From: Candidatus Udaeobacter sp.
GTDB taxonomy: Bacteria; Verrucomicrobiota; Verrucomicrobiia; Chthoniobacterales; UBA10450
Reading direction: 5' to 3'
DNA: 64,000 nucleotides
Assembly: GCA_036495045.1 (NCBI GenBank)
Contig: DASXNN010000093.1
Span: forward strand, 27,583-91,582
Positions 55,589-64,000 of the stretch are shown here, one piece after another. Position numbers and translations under genes: made by a program. The notes below the pieces were generated by a model that was given only the letters and a program-made list of their open reading frames with translations, did not search any database and was not told where the DNA came from. Each line of letters opens with the position of its first letter. Position 1 is the stretch's first letter.

Positions 55589-58417
55589 ATGACCTCGGCC
55601 GAAATCCGCCAATCCTTTCTCGATTTCTTTCACGAGAAACGCCACACCATTGTGCCGTCATCATCGCTGTTGCCGGACGCGCCGAATCTCCTTTTCACGA
55701 ATGCCGGCATGAACCAGTTCGTTCCGATCTTTCTCGGACAACAAAAGCCGCAATGGAATCCACCGCGCGTGGCCGACACTCAGAAATGCATTCGGGCCGG
55801 CGGAAAACATAACGATCTGGAAGACGTCGGGCTCGACACTTATCACCACACCTTTTTCGAGATGCTCGGTAACTGGAGCTTTGACGATTATTTCAAAAGA
55901 GAGGCGATCGAATGGGCGTGGGAATTACTAGTCGAACGTTGGAAATTTCCGGCACAACGACTTTACGCGACGGTTTACAAGCCTGGCCCGGGCGAGCCGA
56001 GTGAGTTCGATCAGGAAGCCTACGATCATTGGGCAACGTTATTTCGCGAAGCCGATCTTGATCCGGCGATTCATGTTCTTAGCAGCGGCAAGGCCGACAA
56101 TTTCTGGATGATGGGCGATACCGGCCCGTGCGGACCGTGCTCGGAGGTCCATATGGATCTCACGCCAGATGGCGATACGCGAGGCGCGCTCGTGAACAAG
56201 GGGGACCCGCGTTGCATCGAGATTTGGAATCTTGTTTTCATCCAGTTTAACGCGAATCCAGACGGCACGTTTAGTCCGCTGCCGCAACGCCACGTCGATA
56301 CCGGAATGGGTTTCGAGCGTGTCACGGCAATCATTCAGGGCACAAAGGATCTGACCGATTTTTCCGGCACAATTTCAAATTACGAGACCGACATTTTCCG
56401 TCCAATCTTCGACGAACTGGAAACACTGAGCGGCAAAAAATATGAATCGACGATTCCGAAATACGGAAGTGCTGGTGACTTTGATCAAGAAAAGATCGAC
56501 ATCGCTTTCCGCGTGATTGCTGATCACATCCGGGCGTTAAGCTTTGCAATCGCGGACGGAATCATTCCGTCAAACGAAGGCCGGGGCTACGTTTTGCGCC
56601 GCGTACTGCGCCGTGCTGTCCGTTACGGCCGCACCCTCGGATTCCACGAGCCATTTTTCTTCAGGCTTATCGATGTCGTCGCAAAGACGATGGGCGACGT
56701 CTTTCCTGAAGTCCGCGCAAGACAATTAAAAATCAAAGAAACGATCCGCTGGGAAGAAGAAGCTTTTAACAGGACACTGGATCGGGGCATTGAAGTATTT
56801 AACAAGACGATAGCGGATCGGGAGAGGCTCAAGCGAATCGTGGATCAGGACAACGAAGGTCGTGATGGATCCGCGCAGGTTATTTTTCCTAGTCGGATCG
56901 TGTTTGAACTTTACGACACGTACGGCTTTCCCCTGGATCTCACCGAACTGATGGCCCGCGAGCAGGGTTTCACTGTAATTGCCGCTGACTTTGAGAAACG
57001 AATGGAAGAACAGCGTGAGCGAGCGCGTAAAGCGCAAAAGAAATCGTCGATCACTGTCCATCACACGCTGGATATTCCGACCAAATTTGTCGGATATGAC
57101 CGGCTAGAAGTCGACGCAAAGTTAATAAAGGTTATCGGGAAATTCGGAAGCGGCGATGAGTGGGGCATCGTTGATGTTTCGCCGTTTTACGCGGAGATGG
57201 GAGGGCAAGTTGGTGACTCTGGCCGGTTAACGTTTTCAGACAGCAGCCGTACTGTTGACGTTCTTAACACGCTTAGACATGGAGAGACCGTCTATCTCCA
57301 GCTTGCTGAGATTGAAGATCGGGCGTGGACATCCGCAGCTGGTGAACCAGTTCATCTCGCGGTCGATAAGAATCGACGTCGTGCCATCGAGGGGCATCAT
57401 ACGGCGACACACCTGCTGCATTGGGCATTGCATGAAGTGGTGTCCCGCGACGCGTCGCAAAAGGGGAGTTATGTCGGGCCCGACAAGTTGACGTTCGATT
57501 TTTCGAGCGCGGCGCTTACGCCGCAACAAAGGCGCGATGTCGAAAAATTGGTAAACGAGAAGATCGCTGAAGATGCGCTGGTTTCATGGACGGAAATTCC
57601 GTACGCCGAAGTGAAGAAGCGCTCCGACATTCAGCAATTCTTTGGCGAAAAGTATGGCGACACAGTGCGTGTGCTTCAGATAGGCGGCGAACCGAAAGCG
57701 CTCAATGGTTACTCTATGGAGCTTTGCGGTGGCACGCACGCGCGGACCACGGGAGAGATCGGGCCTTTCCGAATCGTGAGTGAGTACGCGATCGCAGCTG
57801 GTATTCGGAGAATTGAAGCAGTCGCGGGTGACGCGGCGCGTGCATGGGCAGAAAAGGAAGCTGCGCGCCAAGAGGAAAAATTTGAAGCGCTCACGCGAAA
57901 GAAACCCGACATCGCTGCGTTGCCGGTTTTTGCGGAAACGGCTGAGACGAGTGAACTGCTGAAACAGATCGACGCGCGAGCGGCCCATCTGGAGAAACTT
58001 GAGACCGAGGTCCACGATTGGGAGAAACGAACTGCCAAAGCTGCTGAGGCTGACCTGCAGAGTCGTGCGGCGAAAATTGCGAACGAAATAGTTGAGTCAT
58101 GCGAAAAGAAGAATTTCTGCGTCGCGGAAGTTTCAAACGCGAATGGCAAATTGCTTGGCGCCGTGGCCGATGCCCTGAAGACGAGATTTGAGGGTCCGAT
58201 CTTTCTGGCCGGTGCGATTGATGCAAGAGTGGCGCTCATCGCGTTGGTGCCAAAAGAAATGACTTCAAAGTTTCAGGCGAACAAGTTGATCCAGGAAACG
58301 GCCGCAATTGTGGGCGGCAAAGGCGGCGGTCGGGTTGAATCCGCGCAGGGTGGCGGCACCGAGCCGACGAAAGTCGGTGAAGCGCTTAATCGGGCGAGGG
58401 AGATCCTGGGAGATTGA
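55589..58417 (+). CDS. alaS: alanine--tRNA ligase
   Basis: Start at internal ATG 55589 (MTSAEIRQSFLDFFHEKRHTIVPSSSL, the canonical AlaRS N-terminus). Editing-domain HxxxH (HTATHLLH), CGGTH, and a C-terminal DHHA1 domain. Confidence 0.98.
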   Translation: MTSAEIRQSFLDFFHEKRHTIVPSSSLLPDAPNLLFTNAGMNQFVPIFLGQQKPQWNPPRVADTQKCIRAGGKHNDLEDVGLDTYHHTFFEMLGNWSFDDYFKREAIEWAWELLVERWKFPAQRLYATVYKPGPGEPSEFDQEAYDHWATLFREADLDPAIHVLSSGKADNFWMMGDTGPCGPCSEVHMDLTPDGDTRGALVNKGDPRCIEIWNLVFIQFNANPDGTFSPLPQRHVDTGMGFERVTAIIQGTKDLTDFSGTISNYETDIFRPIFDELETLSGKKYESTIPKYGSAGDFDQEKIDIAFRVIADHIRALSFAIADGIIPSNEGRGYVLRRVLRRAVRYGRTLGFHEPFFFRLIDVVAKTMGDVFPEVRARQLKIKETIRWEEEAFNRTLDRGIEVFNKTIADRERLKRIVDQDNEGRDGSAQVIFPSRIVFELYDTYGFPLDLTELMAREQGFTVIAADFEKRMEEQRERARKAQKKSSITVHHTLDIPTKFVGYDRLEVDAKLIKVIGKFGSGDEWGIVDVSPFYAEMGGQVGDSGRLTFSDSSRTVDVLNTLRHGETVYLQLAEIEDRAWTSAAGEPVHLAVDKNRRRAIEGHHTATHLLHWALHEVVSRDASQKGSYVGPDKLTFDFSSAALTPQQRRDVEKLVNEKIAEDALVSWTEIPYAEVKKRSDIQQFFGEKYGDTVRVLQIGGEPKALNGYSMELCGGTHARTTGEIGPFRIVSEYAIAAGIRRIEAVAGDAARAWAEKEAARQEEKFEALTRKKPDIAALPVFAETAETSELLKQIDARAAHLEKLETEVHDWEKRTAKAAEADLQSRAAKIANEIVESCEKKNFCVAEVSNANGKLLGAVADALKTRFEGPIFLAGAIDARVALIALVPKEMTSKFQANKLIQETAAIVGGKGGGRVESAQGGGTEPTKVGEALNRAREILGD

Positions 58418-58420
58418 CAA

Positions 58421-59215
58421 GTGGACTTGGAGCTTGGCGGCAAGTTGGCGTTCGTTAGCGGCTCGACTGCTGGGATCGGCATGGCAATTGCGAGTCGATT
58501 AGCGCGTGAAGGCGCGGAAGTCGTTATCAATGGACGAACCGAGGAGCGAGTTGGCGAGGCCATCGCGCAGATTAAGAAAGACTCACGGGATGCGAACATT
58601 CGCGGGATCGCGGCTGATCTTGGCAACGCCAATGGTTGTGAGGAAGTCGTGCGACAGCTGCCCCGCGTGGACATTCTCGTTAACAACGTCGGCATTTTCG
58701 AGCCAAAGCCTTTTGAGAAGATCACTGATGAAGATTGGGAGAAATTCTTCGCGGTAAACGTGATGTCGGGAGTGCGATTGAGTCGTGCTTACCTGCCACC
58801 AATGAAGGAGCGCAATTGGGGTCGAATCGTTTTCATCTCGAGTGAATCGGCGCTGCAGATTCCAGCCGAAATGATCCACTATGGAATGACCAAAACTGCG
58901 CAGCTGGCAATCGCACGTGGGCTGGCTGAGACGTGTGAAGGGACAGCTGTAACGGTAAATTCGGTTCTGCCGGGACCAACTGCATCGGAGGGCGTGACGC
59001 AGTTTGTCTCAGATCTCGCAGCGGAGAAAAGCATGAGCGCAGCTGAATTTGAGAAAGAGTTTTTTAAGAACGCGCGACCGACTTCAATTTTGCGGCGATT
59101 TATTCAGTCGGATGAAATTGCAAATGTGGTCGCGTTTGTCTGCAGCCCATTGGCATCAGCGATTAACGGCGTGGCCGTCAGAGCGGATGGCGGCGTTGTG
59201 CGCGCGATCAGTTAG
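58421..59215 (+). CDS. SDR-family oxidoreductase
   Basis: GSTAGIGMAIA (TGxxxGxG), NNVG, and the catalytic YGMTK (YxxxK). GTG start lies 3 nt after the alaS stop. Confidence 0.9.
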   Translation: MDLELGGKLAFVSGSTAGIGMAIASRLAREGAEVVINGRTEERVGEAIAQIKKDSRDANIRGIAADLGNANGCEEVVRQLPRVDILVNNVGIFEPKPFEKITDEDWEKFFAVNVMSGVRLSRAYLPPMKERNWGRIVFISSESALQIPAEMIHYGMTKTAQLAIARGLAETCEGTAVTVNSVLPGPTASEGVTQFVSDLAAEKSMSAAEFEKEFFKNARPTSILRRFIQSDEIANVVAFVCSPLASAINGVAVRADGGVVRAIS

Positions 59216-59261
59216 TCAGTTCTGTTTTCACGGCGTGCTCACGCTCGGAAAACGCGCATCT

Positions 59262-59512
59262 CTAATGAGGCGCTTCAAGTCCTTGCTGTTGGCGGACATC
59301 CGATAAATTGAGTCTTCCTTTTTCTTTCGGTGCGCGGCTTAGAAAAAGGATGTTCTCGTTGTCGATCCAGCAACCGATTTTTCTGACGCCTGTGCCATCG
59401 AGGTTTGCAATCCAAACCGCGTTGTTGCGTTCGAACGCAACAAGAGGCGACGCCGCGAGTATTCCAGTCACAGGGGCAAGAAGGGTTAGAATGAACAGGG
59501 CTATTTTTTCAT
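59262..59512 (-). pseudogene. small secreted-protein gene disrupted by a frameshift in an A6 tract at codons 2-4
   Basis: ATG 59512-59510 forms an ATGA overlap with the DUF3667 stop, but reads ATG AAA AAA TAG. With one more A the frame reads MKKIALFILTLLAPVTGILAASPLVAFERNNAVWIANLDGTGVRKI... The track shows only the GTG-started 69-aa part. Confidence 0.35.
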
Positions 59513-60600
59513 GGCATGGCGAGGGTAATAAAGAAAGTCGCGGCTAGCGCGACCGAGAGGACGATCAGATAAACAAACCCGCCGAAAAAGAACTTAAATA
59601 TGCTAACAAACCAGCTTTGCCGATAAACGCGGCGGATCGAAAGGAAAATTTGCAGAGCGAACGCGATCCAAAGAAGCGCAATGATCCAGCGAGCGAGCTG
59701 ACCAGACGCCGCACGATTTAGTCCAATCGTCGCGAGAACAATCAGCATGATGCCGACGTAAGCGAAGCTGTGAATATGCAGCGCGTAAATTAGATGATCG
59801 ATGTAGAAAATGCGACGGCGCAGATAGAGAATCTTGAGCACAAAGGCAAACAGTGGAATGCAGCAAAGCATCATGTAAGGCAGGTTGCTGAAGAGCGTGC
59901 TGAGAAAGAGCTGCAGTTTGGTTCCACGTTCGCCAAATTTCTCTTTGGCATGTGCTTCCAGCCATCGTTCAAATTGTGTCGACGTTTTCGTGCCAGGGTC
60001 AAAAACAGCAAACGGCCTATCTTTGGGGCCGGTTGCAACTCCTTTGGACTGCCCCGTTTCTGCCGCCTGTGCCAGTGAAGCCTCTTGCAACACGGTTTCC
60101 AGTTTAGCACGCACTTCCGGCGGCAAATCTTTCTTCTTTAATTCGCTTTCGATTTCGGTGCGATTCTTTGGAGCGAGTTTACTTGGATCGATGTGGATCG
60201 CTTTTGCCCAGTAATTGACTGCGAAGAAAAAAAGGATGCTGGCAAGCAGATAAAGACGCAGCGGATGGACGTGGCGAACGCGTTTGCCCGAAAGAAATTC
60301 GTTTGTCAGGCGCCACGGCTTTGCGACCAGCAATCCGACGGAGGCGAAAAATTTCGAGTCCCAATTTAGAAACGAATCCAGAACATCGACAATCACGTGA
60401 CGAAACGAGCGCCGGTAATCGACCGCAGCTTGTCCGCACTGCGCGCACCAATGTCCGGTCAGTTGCGCGCCGCAATTCTCACAATGGGAGAGCGACTGGC
60501 GCCGCGTTTTTTGGCGTCTCGAGGAACGCTTTCGCTCCGGTTGTTCGATGGCGGAAACTGCGGTATCGCCAAGGTTCAACTTGCTCGGCTCATTAGACAT
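59509..60600 (-). CDS. DUF3667 domain-containing membrane protein
   Basis: Start at ATG 60600 (MSNEPSK). Zinc-ribbon CENCGAQLTGHWCAQCGQ, then PWRLTNEFLSGKRVRHVHPLRLYL and TM helices, as in DUF3667. Confidence 0.75.
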   Translation of the reverse strand: MSNEPSKLNLGDTAVSAIEQPERKRSSRRQKTRRQSLSHCENCGAQLTGHWCAQCGQAAVDYRRSFRHVIVDVLDSFLNWDSKFFASVGLLVAKPWRLTNEFLSGKRVRHVHPLRLYLLASILFFFAVNYWAKAIHIDPSKLAPKNRTEIESELKKKDLPPEVRAKLETVLQEASLAQAAETGQSKGVATGPKDRPFAVFDPGTKTSTQFERWLEAHAKEKFGERGTKLQLFLSTLFSNLPYMMLCCIPLFAFVLKILYLRRRIFYIDHLIYALHIHSFAYVGIMLIVLATIGLNRAASGQLARWIIALLWIAFALQIFLSIRRVYRQSWFVSIFKFFFGGFVYLIVLSVALAATFFITLAMP

Positions 60601-60737
60601 GGTCACCGAGTTTAATAAAACCAACTCACTGCCGTCCACCGGCAAAGAACGGCAAAACTTAGGATTGACCACGCGCCCAGGGTGATGCCACGATGCGCAT
60701 CCAATCGGGCCTGACTCAGCCGAATTAGTAAAGCGAC

Positions 60738-62372
60738 GTGGCGTCTCAACTTCTAAGAACCAAAAGTCCAGAGCATTTGATGGCCGAAGCGGCTGCTCCC
60801 GAGCGCCAGCTGAAGCGCGCACTCGGGCCGTTCGCTCTTACCTGCATCGGCATCGGCGCCATCATCGGCACTGGAATTTTTGCTCTGGCGGGAACCGCGG
60901 CGGCCGGCGAGCAGGCGCACGCTATCGGCTCCATTTGGAAAACGCCGGTCCTGAATTTCTTTCAGGCGTGGATCACGCACGCGCCCTTGGTTTTTGGCCG
61001 GCCGGGCGCCGGTCCCGCGGTGATGCTCTCATTCATAGTTGCTGGCATCGCGTGCGGATTCGCCGCGCTTTGTTACGCGGAATTGGCGGCCATGATTCCC
61101 GTCTCCGGCTCGGCTTATACATATTCGTACGCAACGATGGGCGAAATCGTTGCCTGGATCATCGGCTGGGATCTGATTCTCGAATATGCGGTAGGCAACA
61201 TGGCTGTCGCCGTCGGCTGGTCTGGGTATTTTGTGCGACTTTGCGGGAGCGCGCAGATACCCTGGCTATTTCCGGACGGAATCAAATTTCCGCTTTGGTT
61301 GGTCAATGATGCTCGGACTGCGAATGACATTGTGACGACCGGTGGAGATGCATTAAAGAATTATTCTTCTACGGGATTGCCGCTAATCGGCGGAATTCCG
61401 ATTGCCGTGAATCTGCCGGCCTTCCTCATAGTCGCGGCAGTGACCGCGCTGTTGATCTATGGAATTCGTGAGAGCGCGCGGACGAACTCGACCATCGTCG
61501 TCATCAAACTCGCAGTCGTCGTGTTCGTGATTGCCTTCGGCGCTTTCATGGTTCATCCGAGCAATTGGCATCCATTTTTGCCGAGCGGCTTTGGCGGCGT
61601 TATGAGTGGCGCCGCGATCGTCTTCTTTGCCTTCATCGGATTCGATGCCGTGTCGACTACGGCCGAAGAAGCAAAAAATCCGCAGCGCGACATGCCGATT
61701 GGAATCATTGCCAGCCTCATCATCTGCACCGTGCTCTATGTGTTGATGGCGGCAGTGATCACCGGGATGCGGATGTACACAACGTACCTCGGGGATCCGG
61801 CTGCAGTCGCGACCGCGTTCGCCGGTCATCGGTTGGCGCAAGCGCTTATCAGTGCCGGCGCGCTTGCTGGAATTACTTCCGTGCTGCTGGTGTTTCAACT
61901 CGGTCAGCCTCGCATCTTCATGGCGATGGCGCGCGACGGTCTGCTCTGGCCGTATTTTGCGAAAATTCACCCGCGATTCCGAACACCGTACATCACGACG
62001 ATCTGGACCGGTATTGTCGTTGGCGGCGTTGCTGCGCTGGTCGATATCGGCTCGCTCGCCGATCTCACCAATATTGGAACCCTGTTTGCGTTTGTGCTCG
62101 TCTGCATGGGCGTAATTATTTTGCGCCGCACCCAAGCCAGCCGCGCTCGGCCGTTTCGTGTTCCATTAGTACCGCTTTTCCCGATCCTCGGCGTTCTCTT
62201 TTGCTTCATCCTGATGTTGAGTTTACCGCTGGAAACTTGGGGACGGTTTTTTGTTTGGCTCGCGATTGGCCTGGCGATCTATTTTTTCTACGGCGTGCAT
62301 CACAGCAAACTCCGCCTCGGCGTTGATACCGGTATAACGGAGGATACTCCGCCGCCGATCATCAAGACATGA
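60738..62372 (+). CDS. APC-superfamily amino acid permease (cationic amino acid transporter-like)
   Basis: LLRTKS..L..LKRALGPFALTCIGIGAIIGTGIF at the N-terminus, about 12-14 TM helices, and FIGFDAVSTTAEEAKNPQRDMP. GTG start. Confidence 0.9.
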   Translation: MASQLLRTKSPEHLMAEAAAPERQLKRALGPFALTCIGIGAIIGTGIFALAGTAAAGEQAHAIGSIWKTPVLNFFQAWITHAPLVFGRPGAGPAVMLSFIVAGIACGFAALCYAELAAMIPVSGSAYTYSYATMGEIVAWIIGWDLILEYAVGNMAVAVGWSGYFVRLCGSAQIPWLFPDGIKFPLWLVNDARTANDIVTTGGDALKNYSSTGLPLIGGIPIAVNLPAFLIVAAVTALLIYGIRESARTNSTIVVIKLAVVVFVIAFGAFMVHPSNWHPFLPSGFGGVMSGAAIVFFAFIGFDAVSTTAEEAKNPQRDMPIGIIASLIICTVLYVLMAAVITGMRMYTTYLGDPAAVATAFAGHRLAQALISAGALAGITSVLLVFQLGQPRIFMAMARDGLLWPYFAKIHPRFRTPYITTIWTGIVVGGVAALVDIGSLADLTNIGTLFAFVLVCMGVIILRRTQASRARPFRVPLVPLFPILGVLFCFILMLSLPLETWGRFFVWLAIGLAIYFFYGVHHSKLRLGVDTGITEDTPPPIIKT

Positions 62373-62455
62373 AGGTGGCCCACGCGTCCGGCTTCCGTCG
62401 TTGATCCGTTCGCAAGTCAGAAGACGCTACACACCCACGTTAGATCGTGTGCGAT

Positions 62456-62911
62456 CTACGCGGCTTTCTGCGCGTGACTTACTTTATCGTCGATTTCAAG
62501 CCACTCGAACGTTGTCGTCTTTGCCGGATCAAGTCCGAGCTTCTTGCATCCCTCGACGAAGAAATCACGCTTTTCCGGATCGTTGTAGAGGCTGCTAGCC
62601 TCTACCTCTTCGGCCCATCGTTTGGTTTCCGCCGGCGTTTTCTCTTCCCCGTTGCGGTTGAGCCATTCAACTATTTCCTGGTCGCTCGCGCCGTGGTCGA
62701 CTTGCACTTTGAAATCGTACCCTTTCACGCCCTTAAAACCAAAAAGCATGTTATCCAGCGGACAATCAAAGTGATATTCGCCGATATTCCCTGCCACGAG
62801 GGCACGGCATTTGTCGATCGTGCGCCCGAGGATCGCGTACCCGCCAACCCGAATGCGTGGACTGCGCGGCGATTCTTTCGTTAAATCTTTGCCTGTTCCT
62901 TTTTTGTTCAT
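62456..62911 (-). CDS. DUF5069 domain-containing protein
   Basis: PRSPRIRVGGYAILGRTIDKCRALVAGNIGEYHFDCPLDNMLF matches the DUF5069 pattern as I remember it. Confidence 0.65.
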   Translation of the reverse strand: MNKKGTGKDLTKESPRSPRIRVGGYAILGRTIDKCRALVAGNIGEYHFDCPLDNMLFGFKGVKGYDFKVQVDHGASDQEIVEWLNRNGEEKTPAETKRWAEEVEASSLYNDPEKRDFFVEGCKKLGLDPAKTTTFEWLEIDDKVSHAQKAA

Positions 62912-63042
62912 ACTTCCTGAATCGCCGAGGGAAAACGAATCGGTTGCAACCTGCGGTTGTTTTTGTAGGGGCGTTCTATGAGGATCGCGCTTTCCATTCT
63001 AAATTACTCGGTGGCCGTGAGCCAACATCACCGTCCTTTGGC

Positions 63043-64000
63043 GTGAAAAGGCTTCTCTCCGGTTGTTTGCTTGGACTTTTGTGCGTCGCACACGTTCGCG
63101 CTGAGTCTGTGCGTATTGCATCACCACCATCCGGAAAGCTTTATCACGGATTCTACTGGGGCGGGGTCGGGACCGATCAACACGATCCGACCGAGCATGA
63201 TGTCACGCCGGAAGATGTTGCACGGTACGAGCAAGCGGTCGGCAAAAAGACCGTCTGGATTTATTTCTCCAATAACTGGTTTGAATCCCGAAAATTTCCA
63301 GCCGTCGTATGCGACTGGATTCGAAATCTCAATAAAGTTCCGTATATCCGGTTGATGCTGCGTTCGAATGTCGATCAGCGGCATTCGGAGAAAACCTTTT
63401 CGCTTCGCAAGATTATCGCTGGAGATTTCGATGTCGATCTGCGCGCTTGGGCGCGAGAGGCGAAGAATTTTGGGTCGCCCATTTTGATCGAGTGGGGCAC
63501 GGAGCCAAATGGAAATTGGTTTAGCTGGAATGGGAAATGGAACGGCGGGGCAAAGGAAGGGCCAGCGCGCTACGTTGCGGCTTACCGGCACATCGTCGAT
63601 CTCATGCGCGCTGAAGGCGCGGATAATTTACATTGGGTCTGGCATGTGAACTGGTTCGATGAGCCGGAACGAAAATGGAACCGGTTTGAGAATTATTTTC
63701 CGGGAGAGAATTATTGCGATTGGGTCGCGTTCAGTGCCTACGGACCGACAACGCCGACGACTCGCGATGGAACTGAAAGTTTTCGATTCAAAATGCGCGA
63801 CGCTTACCCACGCTTGATCAAAATCGCACCGAACAAGCCAATCATTATCGCTGAATTCGGATGCGATTTACATAATCGGCATGTCAATGCGGCCAGTTGG
63901 GCAAAATCGGCGCTCGAAGATTTATTCTCAAATCGATGGCCGGCGATCATTGGATTCGGCTGGTGGAACGAAGGCTGGCAAAATGACGACCACAAAAAGC
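63043..64000 (+). CDS. secreted glycoside hydrolase family 26-like protein (mannanase-like), 3' end outside the window
   Basis: Not in the ORF track because there is no stop in the window. GTG 63043 opens a signal peptide (KRLLSGCLLGLLCVAHVRA). PILIEWGTEPNGNWFSW, HWVWHVNW and IIIAEFG fit GH26 catalytic-region patterns. Track ORFs 63071-63355 (+) and 63121-63591 (-) are shadows. Confidence 0.7.
   Translation, partial: MKRLLSGCLLGLLCVAHVRAESVRIASPPSGKLYHGFYWGGVGTDQHDPTEHDVTPEDVARYEQAVGKKTVWIYFSNNWFESRKFPAVVCDWIRNLNKVPYIRLMLRSNVDQRHSEKTFSLRKIIAGDFDVDLRAWAREAKNFGSPILIEWGTEPNGNWFSWNGKWNGGAKEGPARYVAAYRHIVDLMRAEGADNLHWVWHVNWFDEPERKWNRFENYFPGENYCDWVAFSAYGPTTPTTRDGTESFRFKMRDAYPRLIKIAPNKPIIIAEFGCDLHNRHVNAASWAKSALEDLFSNRWPAIIGFGWWNEGWQNDDHKK

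Overview
64-kb chromosomal window from a diderm bacterium, dense in core housekeeping genes on both strands. Gene content and repeat flavour (DUF1844, DUF3106-like protein, orphan GspD/GspE pair, GT-C glycosyltransferases, GTAG-headed hairpins) suggest a PVC-group / Verrucomicrobiota-like soil organism; this is inference only. Left to right: M16 peptidase tail, DUF1844, topoisomerase IB, mlaE-F-D, iaaA, GT2, carA, rplT-pheS-pheT, CHASE2 adenylate cyclase, mpl, a secretin / PG-binding / GspE-ATPase trio, rpe, mreBCD-mrdA-rng, an OMP, thiH-thiS, nfeD, and dnaG-rpoD followed by an anti-sigma-like / DUF3106-like pair. Then come a Tyr-rich secreted peptide and ribD, followed by an accessory-looking block at 39.2-52.6 kb. 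That block holds a hypothetical gene split by an in-frame TAG, GT-C, GT2 and GT4 glycosyltransferases, a Wzx flippase, a Gfo/Idh/MocA oxidoreductase and several gene remnants. The window ends with recA, an alpha/beta hydrolase, a nitroreductase, alaS, an SDR, DUF3667, an APC permease, DUF5069 and a 3'-truncated GH26. I found no rRNA, tRNA, CRISPR array, transposase or integrase. The most unusual signal is not a gene. The 10-mer AAGATCGACA, always followed by A or T, occurs at least 18 times where about 0.1 is expected. It sits in several reading frames, on both strands and in intergenic DNA, so it is a DNA-level hyper-abundant motif of unknown function. Start codons placed inside longer track ORFs are my own judgement, based on typical family N-termini and ATGA/TAATG overlaps. 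All homology statements are from memory of protein families, not from searches.
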